Source: an uncultured Spirochaeta sp. (lineage in GTDB: Bacteria > Spirochaetota > Spirochaetia > DSM-27196 > Alkalispirochaetaceae). Taken from it: DNA of 64,000 nt. This document shows positions 20,675 to 30,395 of this stretch, piece by piece (the stretch's first letter is position 1; each line of letters opens with the position of its first letter). The stretch is taken from positions 51,658 to 115,657 of the forward strand of contig CAZCAE010000003.1 in assembly GCA_964496635.1 (NCBI GenBank), in the 5' to 3' direction. Made by a program: the position numbers and the translations under genes. Under the pieces are notes generated by a model. The model was not told the origin of the DNA. It saw only the letters and a program-made list of their open reading frames with translations, and searched no databases.

Positions 20675-21410
20675 TCCGTTGCCCCTGTACGCCATGCAAC
20701 GTCGCCGCCGCATGCTTCCGAAACTTGCTTTCCAGGTCTTCAAGGGAAAGCTCGTTCGCTTTCAGCTCGTCGTCCTGGCTCCTAAGCTCCTGAACCTCTT
20801 CTTCAAGACCTTCCAGAGTGGCCAGAGTTTCACCAGTTTCATGAATAATCCGGGAAACCAGTTTCTCTACCTGTTTCGGGTCGTTGCCGTCAAGACCGGC
20901 TGCCATATCCCTGAGTTCCTGAATCGGGTTCTTTATATGCCGGGTAAAGTAAATGAGTGAACTGTTTAATGATTCCGCAAGGGCAAGCCGCCGCTCCCGG
21001 CGTATCACCTGTCGTGAGAGTTCCCGCTGTCTCAATACAGCCTGAATACGAGCCAGAACCTCGGAGAAGTTGAAGGGTTTCGTGATATAGTCCTCAATGC
21101 CAAGCTCAAACCCCTCGACTTTATCCTCTACATCGTCCATTGCGGAGAACATGATAATAGACGTAGCGGCATACTCCGCGTACTCCGGATCCTGCTTAAT
21201 AAGACGAGTAATCTCCCACCCCGTCTTGCCGGGAAGAATGTTATCCAGCAGGACCAGGTCCGGTCGTTCAGAAATGATCATCTCCAAAGCGGTATCACCG
21301 TCTCCGGCCGTCACCACTTTGTAGCCCAGGCGCGATAGCATCACGTCGAAAAACTCAACGTTAATATGCTCATCATCAACCAGAAGGATCTTTGGGGTCG
21401 TCTGCGACAT
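20664..21410 (-). CDS. Response regulator (REC + coiled/DHp-like tail, no DNA-binding domain)
   Basis: ILLVDDE, VLLDNILPG (phospho-Asp), IMFSAM, YITKPF. Confidence 0.9.
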   Translation of the reverse strand: MSQTTPKILLVDDEHINVEFFDVMLSRLGYKVVTAGDGDTALEMIISERPDLVLLDNILPGKTGWEITRLIKQDPEYAEYAATSIIMFSAMDDVEDKVEGFELGIEDYITKPFNFSEVLARIQAVLRQRELSRQVIRRERRLALAESLNSSLIYFTRHIKNPIQELRDMAAGLDGNDPKQVEKLVSRIIHETGETLATLEGLEEEVQELRSQDDELKANELSLEDLESKFRKHAAATLHGVQGQRNDK

Positions 21411-21413
21411 ACG

Positions 21414-23078
21414 TCATTTTCCTACGGTGGTACGAACTTTGTCAATCAAAGGCGGTATCCACGTCCGCATTAATCCGAAGCCGAGAAATAAGACGGCCAA
21501 TACCACGAAAAGATAGGCAAGCCAGTCTCCCCAGGCTGTATAGAGGGTATCTTTTCCTGTATACACAGGAACTTCACCGTAAAGGTAGCCCTCCGTAAAC
21601 GGAGGGTACATGGCGGTAATGCGTCCATTAGGATCAATTATCGCGGTCATACCGCCATTGGTACTCCTGACCATACTGCGGCGGTTTTCCACCGTACGGA
21701 ATACGGCCATTCCGAGGTGCTGCATAGCCGACGGCTCCGAGTAGGACCAGAGATCATTGGTGAGATTAACGATAACCTCCGCCCCCTCCCTTATGAAACC
21801 CCTGGAAATATATCCGAAAGTGTCCTCGAAACAGATAGGCGTAGAGAACCTGATTCCATCCACCTCGAAAACTGTCCAGTCCGTTCCCGCTTTCCAGAAG
21901 GTAGTATCGGTCTCCACAAGAAGGCGATACAGTCCCGGAAAGGCGTCCTCATACGGAAAATGCTCGGTAAATGGTACGAGATGAAGTTTTCGATAGGTGT
22001 CCTGAAGAGTTCCATCACGGATAAAGACGAGAACCGCGTTATAGTCTACTCGCTCGAGTTCTCCTGAACGGTTACGTCGAAGCTGACCGTCACTATTTCC
22101 GATTACAAACGGTAGATCTCGACGGTTCAGGTACTCCCGAAGTTGCCGAACCAGTTCGTATCGATCCTGGTCGGTACGGTATCGTGTATGGTAGTCTATG
22201 GACGGCACAAAGGAAGTCTCAGACCAGACAATTGCCTCCGGATTGTGCGATTCGATAGCCTTCTCGCTTTCCCGAAGCAGTACTTCCAGGCTGTTTCGGT
22301 ATGTTTGGAAACCACCCCGCCAGGGATCAATATTCTGCTGTATCAGGGCGACTCTCCAGCGGCGGACACCCGTATAATCTACCCGGGACAGTACTCCCCA
22401 GGCCAGCGCCGAAACGATCATTACGGCGTATGTTACCAGTTCCAGACGTCGCCACAGGATAACGGACCTCAGCCGAGCGGGATGGACAAAAATACTCCAT
22501 CCATGGTCGCTGATGACCTGACCGATAAAAAAAGCCGGTAATACTACGAGAAAAGAGACTATCCAGACTCCCCCCAGTTCGGCGGTCTGAATCAACAGCG
22601 GCGCAGGAAATAGTGCATAGCCCATGATACCGTAGGAGTACCCCAGGAATCCCTGTGTACGAAACCATTCGTAGGCAAGCCACACAAAAGCCTGCACCAG
22701 AAAAGAGGATCGACCGAAGAGGTGTCCTGCCAACCGCAACAGGGGGAAAAAGACGGCGAAGTAGGTAGCATAGATCAGTGGAACAATGAAAATCGCCAGC
22801 GGATGGAAAGTAAGAAGCCAGTAGTTAACAAGTGCGTACGATATAAAACCGTATAGAAACCCGTAAATCGGGGTGGACCACCAGCGCATGCGTCGCAGGG
22901 CAATTGCCGGGGGCAGTAGAGCAACGAAAGCCAGAGGATACAGTCCAAACCGGAAGAAAACGTTCGGAAAGGAAAGGGTAAACAGGATCGCTCCCGTTAT
23001 GAGAAGCGCTACCGTACCAACAGTTCGGATCAAACCGGGACGGGGCTGGAGATCATTCACAATGTGATAGTTTTGCAT
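21414..23078 (-). CDS. lnt: Apolipoprotein N-acyltransferase (paralogue 2)
   Basis: Multi-TM, triad VWSETS / YRKLHLVPFTE / PICFED, RSTNGG. Confidence 0.92.
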   Translation of the reverse strand: MQNYHIVNDLQPRPGLIRTVGTVALLITGAILFTLSFPNVFFRFGLYPLAFVALLPPAIALRRMRWWSTPIYGFLYGFISYALVNYWLLTFHPLAIFIVPLIYATYFAVFFPLLRLAGHLFGRSSFLVQAFVWLAYEWFRTQGFLGYSYGIMGYALFPAPLLIQTAELGGVWIVSFLVVLPAFFIGQVISDHGWSIFVHPARLRSVILWRRLELVTYAVMIVSALAWGVLSRVDYTGVRRWRVALIQQNIDPWRGGFQTYRNSLEVLLRESEKAIESHNPEAIVWSETSFVPSIDYHTRYRTDQDRYELVRQLREYLNRRDLPFVIGNSDGQLRRNRSGELERVDYNAVLVFIRDGTLQDTYRKLHLVPFTEHFPYEDAFPGLYRLLVETDTTFWKAGTDWTVFEVDGIRFSTPICFEDTFGYISRGFIREGAEVIVNLTNDLWSYSEPSAMQHLGMAVFRTVENRRSMVRSTNGGMTAIIDPNGRITAMYPPFTEGYLYGEVPVYTGKDTLYTAWGDWLAYLFVVLAVLFLGFGLMRTWIPPLIDKVRTTVGK

Positions 23079-23204
23079 GCCCGTTGCGGCATCCGAAATA
23101 ACAAAAATGCGGGGCTGACGCCATGTATTTTCGTATCAGTAAAGACAGATCCGACAACAAGTCAGCCCGTGAAGACTCCGCAATCGCGGGAAATCCCGGA
23201 CAGG

Positions 23205-23507
23205 TCAGCTTCGGAGATGCCAACTTGACTCCTTGAGTTCTTTGCCTGGACGAAAGACGACGACGCCGTGATTATGCACCGTCACCTGCTCTCCGGTTTT
23301 CGGATTGCGGGCGTGCTTTCGTCCCTTTCGTGTCCTGATTTCAAATGTGCCGAAACCTCGAAACTCGACGACCTTGTCGTCCATTAGAGCATCCTTTACT
23401 TCGGCGAAAAAGGCATCGACAATGGCGTGGATGTCCTTTCTGCTGACGTCGGACTGTTCACCGATACGCTCGACAATTTCGGCTTTCGTCAGTTTTGAAT
23501 CAGGCAC
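23205..23507 (-). CDS. hup: HU/IHF-family DNA-binding protein (Hbb-like)
   Basis: LTKAEIV, VEFRGFGTFEIRTRKGR, ARNPKTGEQV; follows rpsT as in other spirochaetes. Confidence 0.93.
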   Translation of the reverse strand: MPDSKLTKAEIVERIGEQSDVSRKDIHAIVDAFFAEVKDALMDDKVVEFRGFGTFEIRTRKGRKHARNPKTGEQVTVHNHGVVVFRPGKELKESSWHLRS

Positions 23508-23525
23508 ATGCCCTCCACCCAGGCG

Positions 23526-23792
23526 CTACGCCTGGACTTCGTTTACCTTGTGGGCCATTCGAGACTTCTTCCGTCCCGCGGTATTCTGGTGGTACACGCC
23601 TTTCTGTGCGGCAGAATCGATCAACTTGACGTATGCCCGATACGCCTTTTCCGCTTCGGCTCCATCCTTGCTATCAATAGCCGCCAATACTTTCTTGGCG
23701 CTGGATCTGACCTGACTGCGAACCGCTTTATTTCTGACACGTCGTTTTTCGCTCTGCCGAAACCGCTTAGCTGCGGAACCCTTGACTATCAA
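23526..23792 (-). CDS. rpsT: 30S ribosomal protein S20
   Basis: SAAKRFRQSEKRRVRN, KGVYHQNTAGRKKSRM. TTG start with GGAGG RBS. Confidence 0.97.
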   Translation of the reverse strand: MIVKGSAAKRFRQSEKRRVRNKAVRSQVRSSAKKVLAAIDSKDGAEAEKAYRAYVKLIDSAAQKGVYHQNTAGRKKSRMAHKVNEVQA

Positions 23793-23832
23793 AGAATTTA
23801 TCCTCCTGGGTGTTCATGTATAACAGAACGTG

Positions 23833-23861
23833 ACCGTAGCAAAAAACAATATGGGTGTCAA
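23833..23861 (-). promoter_or_regulatory. sigma70 promoter for rpsT-hup
   Basis: TTGACA-N17-TACGGT with TGn extension. Confidence 0.6.
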
Positions 23862-23931
23862 CGAAATACAGATAATCATGCTTCCGCTGCTGTTAACACT
23901 TCGACCCGATTCCGGTTAGTCTACACCGACG

Positions 23932-24681
23932 ATGCGAGCATATCTACTGTTTATCCTCGTTTTTTCTCGTCTTGTCTGGTGGGACCTTCTCGACAAAGCT
24001 CGAATTGCCGTCAGCTGGAAGTGGGCGCGTCGTGCAATGGACCGGGAAGTCCCTTTAAGGGCACGAAAGCTTTTTGCCGTAGCCAGGTTCACAATGGGTC
24101 TTAGAATGAGAATGGATGTAGATGAAACGGATATGCCCGACAGAATTCTGATCGTATCCAACCACCAGAGCGTCATGGATATTGTTGCTATCATGGCGGC
24201 GTTTTCCGGGCATCCCGTCCGTTTTGTCGCCAAACAGGAACTTGGCCGTTGGTTTCCAGCTGTGTCGCGGGTACTTCGGGTTCAGAGGCACGCACTGATC
24301 AGTCGCCGCGGCGACTTCGGTTCGGCTATGCGGCAGATTGAACGTCTCGGCAGAACAATACGTCCCGGAGAGGGTGCCGTCATTTTTCCGGAAGGCACAC
24401 GATCCCGGGATGGTAAGGTACGGACGTTTCACAGTGGTGCGGTCCGCCGCTTACACGCCTCCCAGTCCCTCCCTGTCGTATCGGTGGCGGTCGACGGAGG
24501 ATGGCGTTTTGCCCGTATGCAAGACCTGAGACGAATGGGCAAAGGTCACGAATTCAGGATAGCTCTCTGCAACGTGTTTCCTACCGCCCGAACCAAGGGA
24601 GAACTGGTCTCTCAGCTAAATGAAGCACAGCAAGCTATTGAAAAGACTCTCGATGAATGGAGAAAGGCCGGTTACACATGA
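23932..24681 (+). CDS. plsC: Lysophospholipid (1-acyl-G3P) acyltransferase family
   Basis: SNHQSVMD (HX4D), FVAKQEL, IFPEGTRS. Confidence 0.85.
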   Translation: MRAYLLFILVFSRLVWWDLLDKARIAVSWKWARRAMDREVPLRARKLFAVARFTMGLRMRMDVDETDMPDRILIVSNHQSVMDIVAIMAAFSGHPVRFVAKQELGRWFPAVSRVLRVQRHALISRRGDFGSAMRQIERLGRTIRPGEGAVIFPEGTRSRDGKVRTFHSGAVRRLHASQSLPVVSVAVDGGWRFARMQDLRRMGKGHEFRIALCNVFPTARTKGELVSQLNEAQQAIEKTLDEWRKAGYT

Positions 24682-26420
24682 TCGGCGAATTTCGAACACT
24701 TTTCCCCTACATACGTGCATACAAATGGTCCTATATTTTTGGAATTCTCTCCCTTATCGTGACGAGCGGTTTCCAGTTGCTCATTCCGTGGTTTATCGGG
24801 CGGGCCGTTGACAACCTGACGGCCGGCCCCGACGCGGTCGCTGAGGTGAGCCGCATTATGATACTGATGGTTCTGACGGCGATCATTATTGCACTCGGCC
24901 GTCTCGGCTGGCGGTACTTTATTCACGGAGCGAGCCGGCGGATAGAAAACGATCTGAGAAATCGCCTGTACGATCATCTGCTGGTACTTTCCCGGTCGTT
25001 TTACCAGTCAACAAAAACTGGGGATCTCATGGCCCGGGGTACCAACGATCTCAATGCCGTGCGCATGGCGTCTGGAATGGCTCTGGTTGCCTTTATCGAC
25101 GGTCTCTTCATGACCCTGGCAATTCTGATCATTCTCTTTCAACAGAATTCACGGTTGGCACTCTCTACCGTCATGCCCCTGCCGATTATCACGATAACTC
25201 TTGTCGCCCTTGGATCACGAATAGGTCATCTTTTTCGGGCCGTCCAGGAAGGTTTCTCCCGTTTAAGCGAACAGGCCCAGGAAGTATTCAGCGGTATTCG
25301 TGTTGTTCAGGTTTTTGTAAAAGAACAGTACTTTCTGAAACGTTTCGGCGACGCAAATGCTCATTATCAGGAACAGAATATGCGGCTCGTCCGCATCTGG
25401 GGCCTCTTCTTCCCTCTGGTAACCTTTCTCTCGGGCGTAACTCTGCTGATGCTTCTCTGGTTCGGCGGACGGTCCCTCATTATCGGAGAAATATCCGCCG
25501 GAGATTTTGTCGCGACACTCAGCTACCTGCAAATGCTTATCTGGCCGATGATGGGTGCAGGCTTTACCGTCAACATGCTGCAGCGAGGCGCCGCCTCTCT
25601 TGCCAGAATAAATGAAATTCTCAATACCGAACCGGATATATCCTCGCCCGCGGACGCACGATCTCGCCGGGTATCCGGCGGAATAGAAATCACCGGTCTT
25701 ACCTATCGCTTTGCCGAAGAGGAACATCCGGTTTTACACGACGTAAGCATCTCAATTCCCGCCGGGACGACTCTGGGCGTCATTGGAAGGACCGGCAGCG
25801 GCAAATCAACTCTGATTGATCTCATGCCGCGACTGCTCGATCCTCCGGAACAGACGGTCTATGTCGATGGAACGGATGTACGTCACTACAACCTTGACGT
25901 ACTCAGGTCCGCATTTGGTCTCGTTCCCCAGAACAGCTTTCTGTTTTCTGCCACCGTTGCCGACAATATTCGTTTCGCCGACCCCGACGCCGATGATATT
26001 GAGATCGAACGAGTGGGTGCTCTGGCCGCTCTGGATGGAGATATCAACGAATTTCCTCAAGGATGGATGACCGTCGTCGGCGAACGCGGAGTTACACTTT
26101 CAGGCGGCCAGCGGCAACGAATCGCCATCGCCAGGGCTATCCTGAGAAACCCGACCATTCTGATTTTTGATGATCCTCTCTCGGCGGTAGACGCGGAAAC
26201 CGAAAAGCGGATTCTACACGGAATAACATCAGAGCGCGCCGGACGAACCACCGTTATTGTCTCTAACCGCGTTTCAACGATTGAGCACGCCGACAATATC
26301 ATCGTTCTGGAAAAAGGACGAATCACCGCGCAGGGAACACACGAAGCGCTCATTTCCCGCCCCGGTTTATATCGGGAAATATACCTGCTACAACAGCAGG
26401 AGGAGAGCGAGACGCTATGA
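24678..26420 (+). CDS. ABC exporter TMD-NBD subunit, degenerate-site half
   Basis: ATG at 24678 overlaps the plsC TGA. GRTGSGKST, LSGGQ, Walker B IFDD (E->D), switch SNR (H->N). Confidence 0.93.
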   Translation: MIGEFRTLFPYIRAYKWSYIFGILSLIVTSGFQLLIPWFIGRAVDNLTAGPDAVAEVSRIMILMVLTAIIIALGRLGWRYFIHGASRRIENDLRNRLYDHLLVLSRSFYQSTKTGDLMARGTNDLNAVRMASGMALVAFIDGLFMTLAILIILFQQNSRLALSTVMPLPIITITLVALGSRIGHLFRAVQEGFSRLSEQAQEVFSGIRVVQVFVKEQYFLKRFGDANAHYQEQNMRLVRIWGLFFPLVTFLSGVTLLMLLWFGGRSLIIGEISAGDFVATLSYLQMLIWPMMGAGFTVNMLQRGAASLARINEILNTEPDISSPADARSRRVSGGIEITGLTYRFAEEEHPVLHDVSISIPAGTTLGVIGRTGSGKSTLIDLMPRLLDPPEQTVYVDGTDVRHYNLDVLRSAFGLVPQNSFLFSATVADNIRFADPDADDIEIERVGALAALDGDINEFPQGWMTVVGERGVTLSGGQRQRIAIARAILRNPTILIFDDPLSAVDAETEKRILHGITSERAGRTTVIVSNRVSTIEHADNIIVLEKGRITAQGTHEALISRPGLYREIYLLQQQEESETL

Positions 26421-28519
26421 TCCAGCATCAGCAGGACGAAAAGATCATCTCCGGATACAATCCCAGAGTAATTCGCCGTCTTGTTTCTTTTTCCCGACCC
26501 TACAAATGGTACATTGTCGCCGCCATTGCTGCCCTCCTGCTGGCGACGGCAGGCGAAATGCTTATACCGGTAATGATTCAGCGTACTATTGACAGGGTTA
26601 TTCTGGATTACCGCGTTTCAATTGATCCGGTAGAAGCGTTTCGTTTTTCCGGTTCATCAGAACAGCACGAAGTAAACAACCGGTTGTATATCCGGGAAGA
26701 GCAGCTGAGTTACCTTTCCCGGGATGTGCGACGGGAGCTCACTGAAACAGGATCGCTTGATACGACCCGTTATCTTCTGATTGCCAAAGATATTCTTGAA
26801 GACAATAACGATCTCGCGAATATCATCAGACCTCGCACCATCGGCGAGGGCAGCGAAATTATTGTCATTCCTGCGTCGCTGCAGGAAGAACTTTCCCGTG
26901 AGCAGCGTACGCGACTGCGAAGAGACAGCATTTTCGGAGTTCAGCGGAACGCCGGGATCTTTCTTCTGATCATTTTCGGAGCGTTGATTGGTAGCTTCGG
27001 GCAGGTATACCTGACTGCTTATACCGGCCAGCTGGTCATGAAACGACTCCGGTTGAGTCTTTTCAATCATACCATTCACCAGAGCCTCGGCTTCCTCAAT
27101 AATCAGGCCGTAGGAAAACTTGTAACCCGGGTGACCAACGACGTAGAAACGATCAATGAGTTCTTTTCGTCCGTACTGTCGCAGTTGACTCGTAACATAA
27201 GTCTGATGGTGGCGGTGGTCATTACGATGTTCACGCTCAATTCCCGCCTTGCCGCGATCATTCTGGTAACTATGATTCCCGTTATCGCAATTACCGAGCT
27301 ATTCCGGAGAATGGCCAGAGAGGCTTTTCGAAAAGTTCGCCGTTCGGTGAGCGCCGTAAACGCCTATCTGTCGGAATACATCTCTGGAATGTCAATTGTT
27401 CAGCTTTTTGTCCAACAGCAACGAAGCAGACGCGATTTCCGCCTGCGGGGTTACGAACTCCTCCAGGCAAGCCTGGCAGAAATGCACGTCTTTGCGGTGT
27501 TCCGCCCAGTTGTTGATTTCATGGCGACCCTCTCAACGGCTGCTGTTATTCTCGCCGGAGCGTACCTGCTCCAGATGGAGCTTGTGTCCGTGGGTGTTCT
27601 TATTGCATTCACCAATCTGATTCGTCGATTTTACATGCCGGTAATGAATATTTCCGAACAGTTCACCGTTCTGCAGAGCGCGATGGCGGGAAGCGAGCGG
27701 GTTTTTGCTCTGCTGGATGAAGAAAACAGGATTCCTGACAGCGGCACCAATAACGTCGAAATCGGTTCGTTCCGGGGCGCGATCGCTTTTGATCACGTAT
27801 CATTTGCCTACAAGAAAGATGAACCGGTTATACGAGATTTTTCTATGGATGTGAACCCGGGAGAGATGATAGCTATTGTCGGATACACCGGCGCCGGCAA
27901 GACAACAATAATCAATCTTCTCACCCGTCTCTGGGATGTTGATAAAGGGGCAATTCGTCTGGACGGTGTTGATCTTAGAAATTACCCGCTGAAGGATCTT
28001 CGCAGAACGATTCAACAGATTCAACAGGATGTATTTCTATTCGATGACACGATCCGAAATAATCTTACTCTCGGTCTTCCGGTAGGTGACGACGAGATCT
28101 GGAACGCCTGCCGTACCGTTCAAATAGCAGATTTCATCGAAGACCTGGAAATGGGCCTGGATACTCGTCTACAGGAACGGGGAGCAAATCTCTCGGCGGG
28201 ACAGCAGCAACTGATCGCCTTTGCCAGGGTCCTTCTTCATGATCCTCCGGTTCTGATTCTCGACGAGGCAACCTCCAGTATAGACAGTGACACGGAACGG
28301 AAACTTCAACACGCCGTGGACGCAGTGACCGGAGGACGCACGTCCATTGTCATTGCCCATCGTCTCTCGACAATACAGCATGCCGATAGAATCGTCGTCA
28401 TGTCCCATGGACGGGCCGTTGAGACGGGAGACCACGCTTCGCTGCTGAAACGGAAAGACTCCCTTTACGCTACTCTGTATCAATTGCAGTACGCGCAGCG
28501 GGGCAGTTCTCAGTATTGA
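26417..28519 (+). CDS. ABC exporter TMD-NBD subunit, consensus-site half
   Basis: GYTGAGKT, LSAGQ, LILDEATSS, IAHRLST; long loop after TM1. Confidence 0.93.
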   Translation: MIQHQQDEKIISGYNPRVIRRLVSFSRPYKWYIVAAIAALLLATAGEMLIPVMIQRTIDRVILDYRVSIDPVEAFRFSGSSEQHEVNNRLYIREEQLSYLSRDVRRELTETGSLDTTRYLLIAKDILEDNNDLANIIRPRTIGEGSEIIVIPASLQEELSREQRTRLRRDSIFGVQRNAGIFLLIIFGALIGSFGQVYLTAYTGQLVMKRLRLSLFNHTIHQSLGFLNNQAVGKLVTRVTNDVETINEFFSSVLSQLTRNISLMVAVVITMFTLNSRLAAIILVTMIPVIAITELFRRMAREAFRKVRRSVSAVNAYLSEYISGMSIVQLFVQQQRSRRDFRLRGYELLQASLAEMHVFAVFRPVVDFMATLSTAAVILAGAYLLQMELVSVGVLIAFTNLIRRFYMPVMNISEQFTVLQSAMAGSERVFALLDEENRIPDSGTNNVEIGSFRGAIAFDHVSFAYKKDEPVIRDFSMDVNPGEMIAIVGYTGAGKTTIINLLTRLWDVDKGAIRLDGVDLRNYPLKDLRRTIQQIQQDVFLFDDTIRNNLTLGLPVGDDEIWNACRTVQIADFIEDLEMGLDTRLQERGANLSAGQQQLIAFARVLLHDPPVLILDEATSSIDSDTERKLQHAVDAVTGGRTSIVIAHRLSTIQHADRIVVMSHGRAVETGDHASLLKRKDSLYATLYQLQYAQRGSSQY

Positions 28520-29366
28520 TCACCCAGTCAATGCTCTTTCGCCGGTTCCCGCCACCGTTCTGACGATTGGTCCGAGAAGTTTGTCGCTGGAATGCACAGA
28601 TCGGCAGGGATACATACCTGCCTTCCGGACCGGACATGCGAATCTGTCCACTGAGTATATTGATCTCCTGAACCCGGAAAGTATCTCCATCAACTTCCAC
28701 AAGAGAACCTTCCCGGGGAAAACGCCGCCGCTCGTCCTGGTAGAATGCGTGTTCATAGGAAAGACAGCACAGGAGTCTGCCGCAGGGCCCCGAAACTTTC
28801 ATTGAATTAAGTGAGTAGTTCTGGTCTTTGGCCATCCGAATCGATACCGGCGCCAGCCTGTCGGATATTCCGTTGCAGCAAAGTCGACGCCCGCAAATAC
28901 CAATACCTCCAAGAACACGTGTTTCGTCGCGGACACCAATCTGCCGCAACTCAACCCGGAGGTGAAACTCACCAACCAGATCCCGAACAAGATTTCGGAA
29001 ATCCACCCGATGTTCCGACACGAAGAAGACAAGAAGTTTGCTTCGATCAAGCAAAAAATGAGCGCTGACAATACGCATTTCAAGGTGATGATCCTCTACC
29101 CGTTCGGCACATATTCCGGCAATCTCATGGGACTCTTTTTCGTATTCGTCAAAGCGGGAACGGTCGCCTTCCGTCGCGATTCGCTCTATTGTGTAGGTCT
29201 GCTTGTATTGCTTCCGGAATTCATCAGAAACGGTTCCCAGCACCTGGCCCAGATCAAGACCGTACCGACCGCTGTATACAACATCATCACCTTTTGCCAA
29301 CTCCAACGCGCCGGCTTCACCAATATCTGTTTCCCGACTGTGGGAATTTCTTATAAGTACTTCCAT
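28470..29366 (-). CDS. ricT: PSP1-domain protein RicT/YaaT
   Basis: RVDFRNLV, RVELRQIGVRDE, GGIGICGRRLCC, SGPCGRLLCCLSYE. Confidence 0.92.
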   Translation of the reverse strand: MEVLIRNSHSRETDIGEAGALELAKGDDVVYSGRYGLDLGQVLGTVSDEFRKQYKQTYTIERIATEGDRSRFDEYEKESHEIAGICAERVEDHHLEMRIVSAHFLLDRSKLLVFFVSEHRVDFRNLVRDLVGEFHLRVELRQIGVRDETRVLGGIGICGRRLCCNGISDRLAPVSIRMAKDQNYSLNSMKVSGPCGRLLCCLSYEHAFYQDERRRFPREGSLVEVDGDTFRVQEINILSGQIRMSGPEGRYVSLPICAFQRQTSRTNRQNGGGNRRKSIDWVINTENCPAARTAIDTE

Positions 29367-29379
29367 GCCATTGCTCCGA

Positions 29380-29886
29380 TTACTGCATCAGGTCGACCAT
29401 CATTCCTTCAATTTTTTCAAGACGACTGAGAATATCGAATTGTTCAACCTGGGTCTGCAGCAGGCCCGTTACCAGGCGGTCTACAGACCTGTTTATTTCC
29501 GTCAACAGGTAATATCTCTTCCGGGAAAGAATATCTTGATGTGACTCCTGCACGGCAATATCGTTAGCTCCCGGCAGTACACTGCGAAGAAAACGCCGGA
29601 CGCTTTCTCTGTAGTGCTGGGCAGCGGTATAGGTACGCTGGTGCAGCAGTCGTTGGCCCGCTTCGTGTACAGCATCATAGAGGCGTTGAACCGGCGCTCC
29701 TACGGGGGGCAAATCTTCGACAACAGCAGGGTCAACAACTCCGTCGCCGTATGCGATGGCATCTTCCGATGCCGATGTCTTCTGAAACTGCGCGGAAAAG
29801 GCACCCTCCCCCGGCTGGCTGTCCCTGCTTCGGGAGCGGGGACGTCGGTCAATTCCTCGTTTTGGTTCACTTCGTATCGGTTCCAT
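29380..29886 (-). CDS. YaaR/DUF327 family protein
   Basis: LYDAVHEAGQRL..YRESVRRFL..EKIEGMMVDL; adjacent to ricT. Confidence 0.75.
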   Translation of the reverse strand: MEPIRSEPKRGIDRRPRSRSRDSQPGEGAFSAQFQKTSASEDAIAYGDGVVDPAVVEDLPPVGAPVQRLYDAVHEAGQRLLHQRTYTAAQHYRESVRRFLRSVLPGANDIAVQESHQDILSRKRYYLLTEINRSVDRLVTGLLQTQVEQFDILSRLEKIEGMMVDLMQ

Positions 29887-30383
29887 CAGAGGATATCATC
29901 CTGATCACTTTCGCTTCGCTCCATCAGGGAAACAATCTTTTTTCGTCCCCCGGTCCGTCCACCGCCGATCCGCCGCTTTCGTCGGTACCCCTGATCGTCT
30001 CGTTCAATCTGTTCGGGGACGGGTTTGCCGGTACTCTTTGGTTCCTCAGACCGCTGTATATGAAGCGAACCGTCAAGGATAACCCCGGACTCCGCGACAA
30101 GTTTAGGGCTGTAGATGTTTCCGGTAACAATGGCCGACTCCAGGGCGATAACCTTCTCCCGGGCGTAGATTGTCCCCCGGAACACACCGCCGATGACCAC
30201 TGTGGCGGCATCTATCGTGCAGTCTACCCTGCCACTCCTTCCAATTATTACTCGTCCGTCCGTCTGAATGGCGCCCCTGAAATCGCCGTCCACCCGCAAC
30301 AGGCCCGTCACGACAATGGTGCCTTTAAAAAAGGTACCCGTCCCTACTATCGAGTTTACCAATGTTGATTCAAGTGAAGCCAT
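29886..30383 (-). CDS. Bactofilin (second copy)
   Basis: SIVGTGTFFKGTI, LRVDGDFRGAI, VVIGGVFRGTI, GVILDGSL. Confidence 0.88.
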   Translation of the reverse strand: MASLESTLVNSIVGTGTFFKGTIVVTGLLRVDGDFRGAIQTDGRVIIGRSGRVDCTIDAATVVIGGVFRGTIYAREKVIALESAIVTGNIYSPKLVAESGVILDGSLHIQRSEEPKSTGKPVPEQIERDDQGYRRKRRIGGGRTGGRKKIVSLMERSESDQDDIL

Positions 30384-30395
30384 GAGCGAATTTGG

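Noticed and set aside
23111-23169. Inverted repeat CGGGGCTGAC...GTCAGCCCG between hup and lnt2 as an ncRNA or tRNA
   Set aside because: About 9 bp stem with a 40-nt loop, no cloverleaf or riboswitch hallmark; too weak to call.
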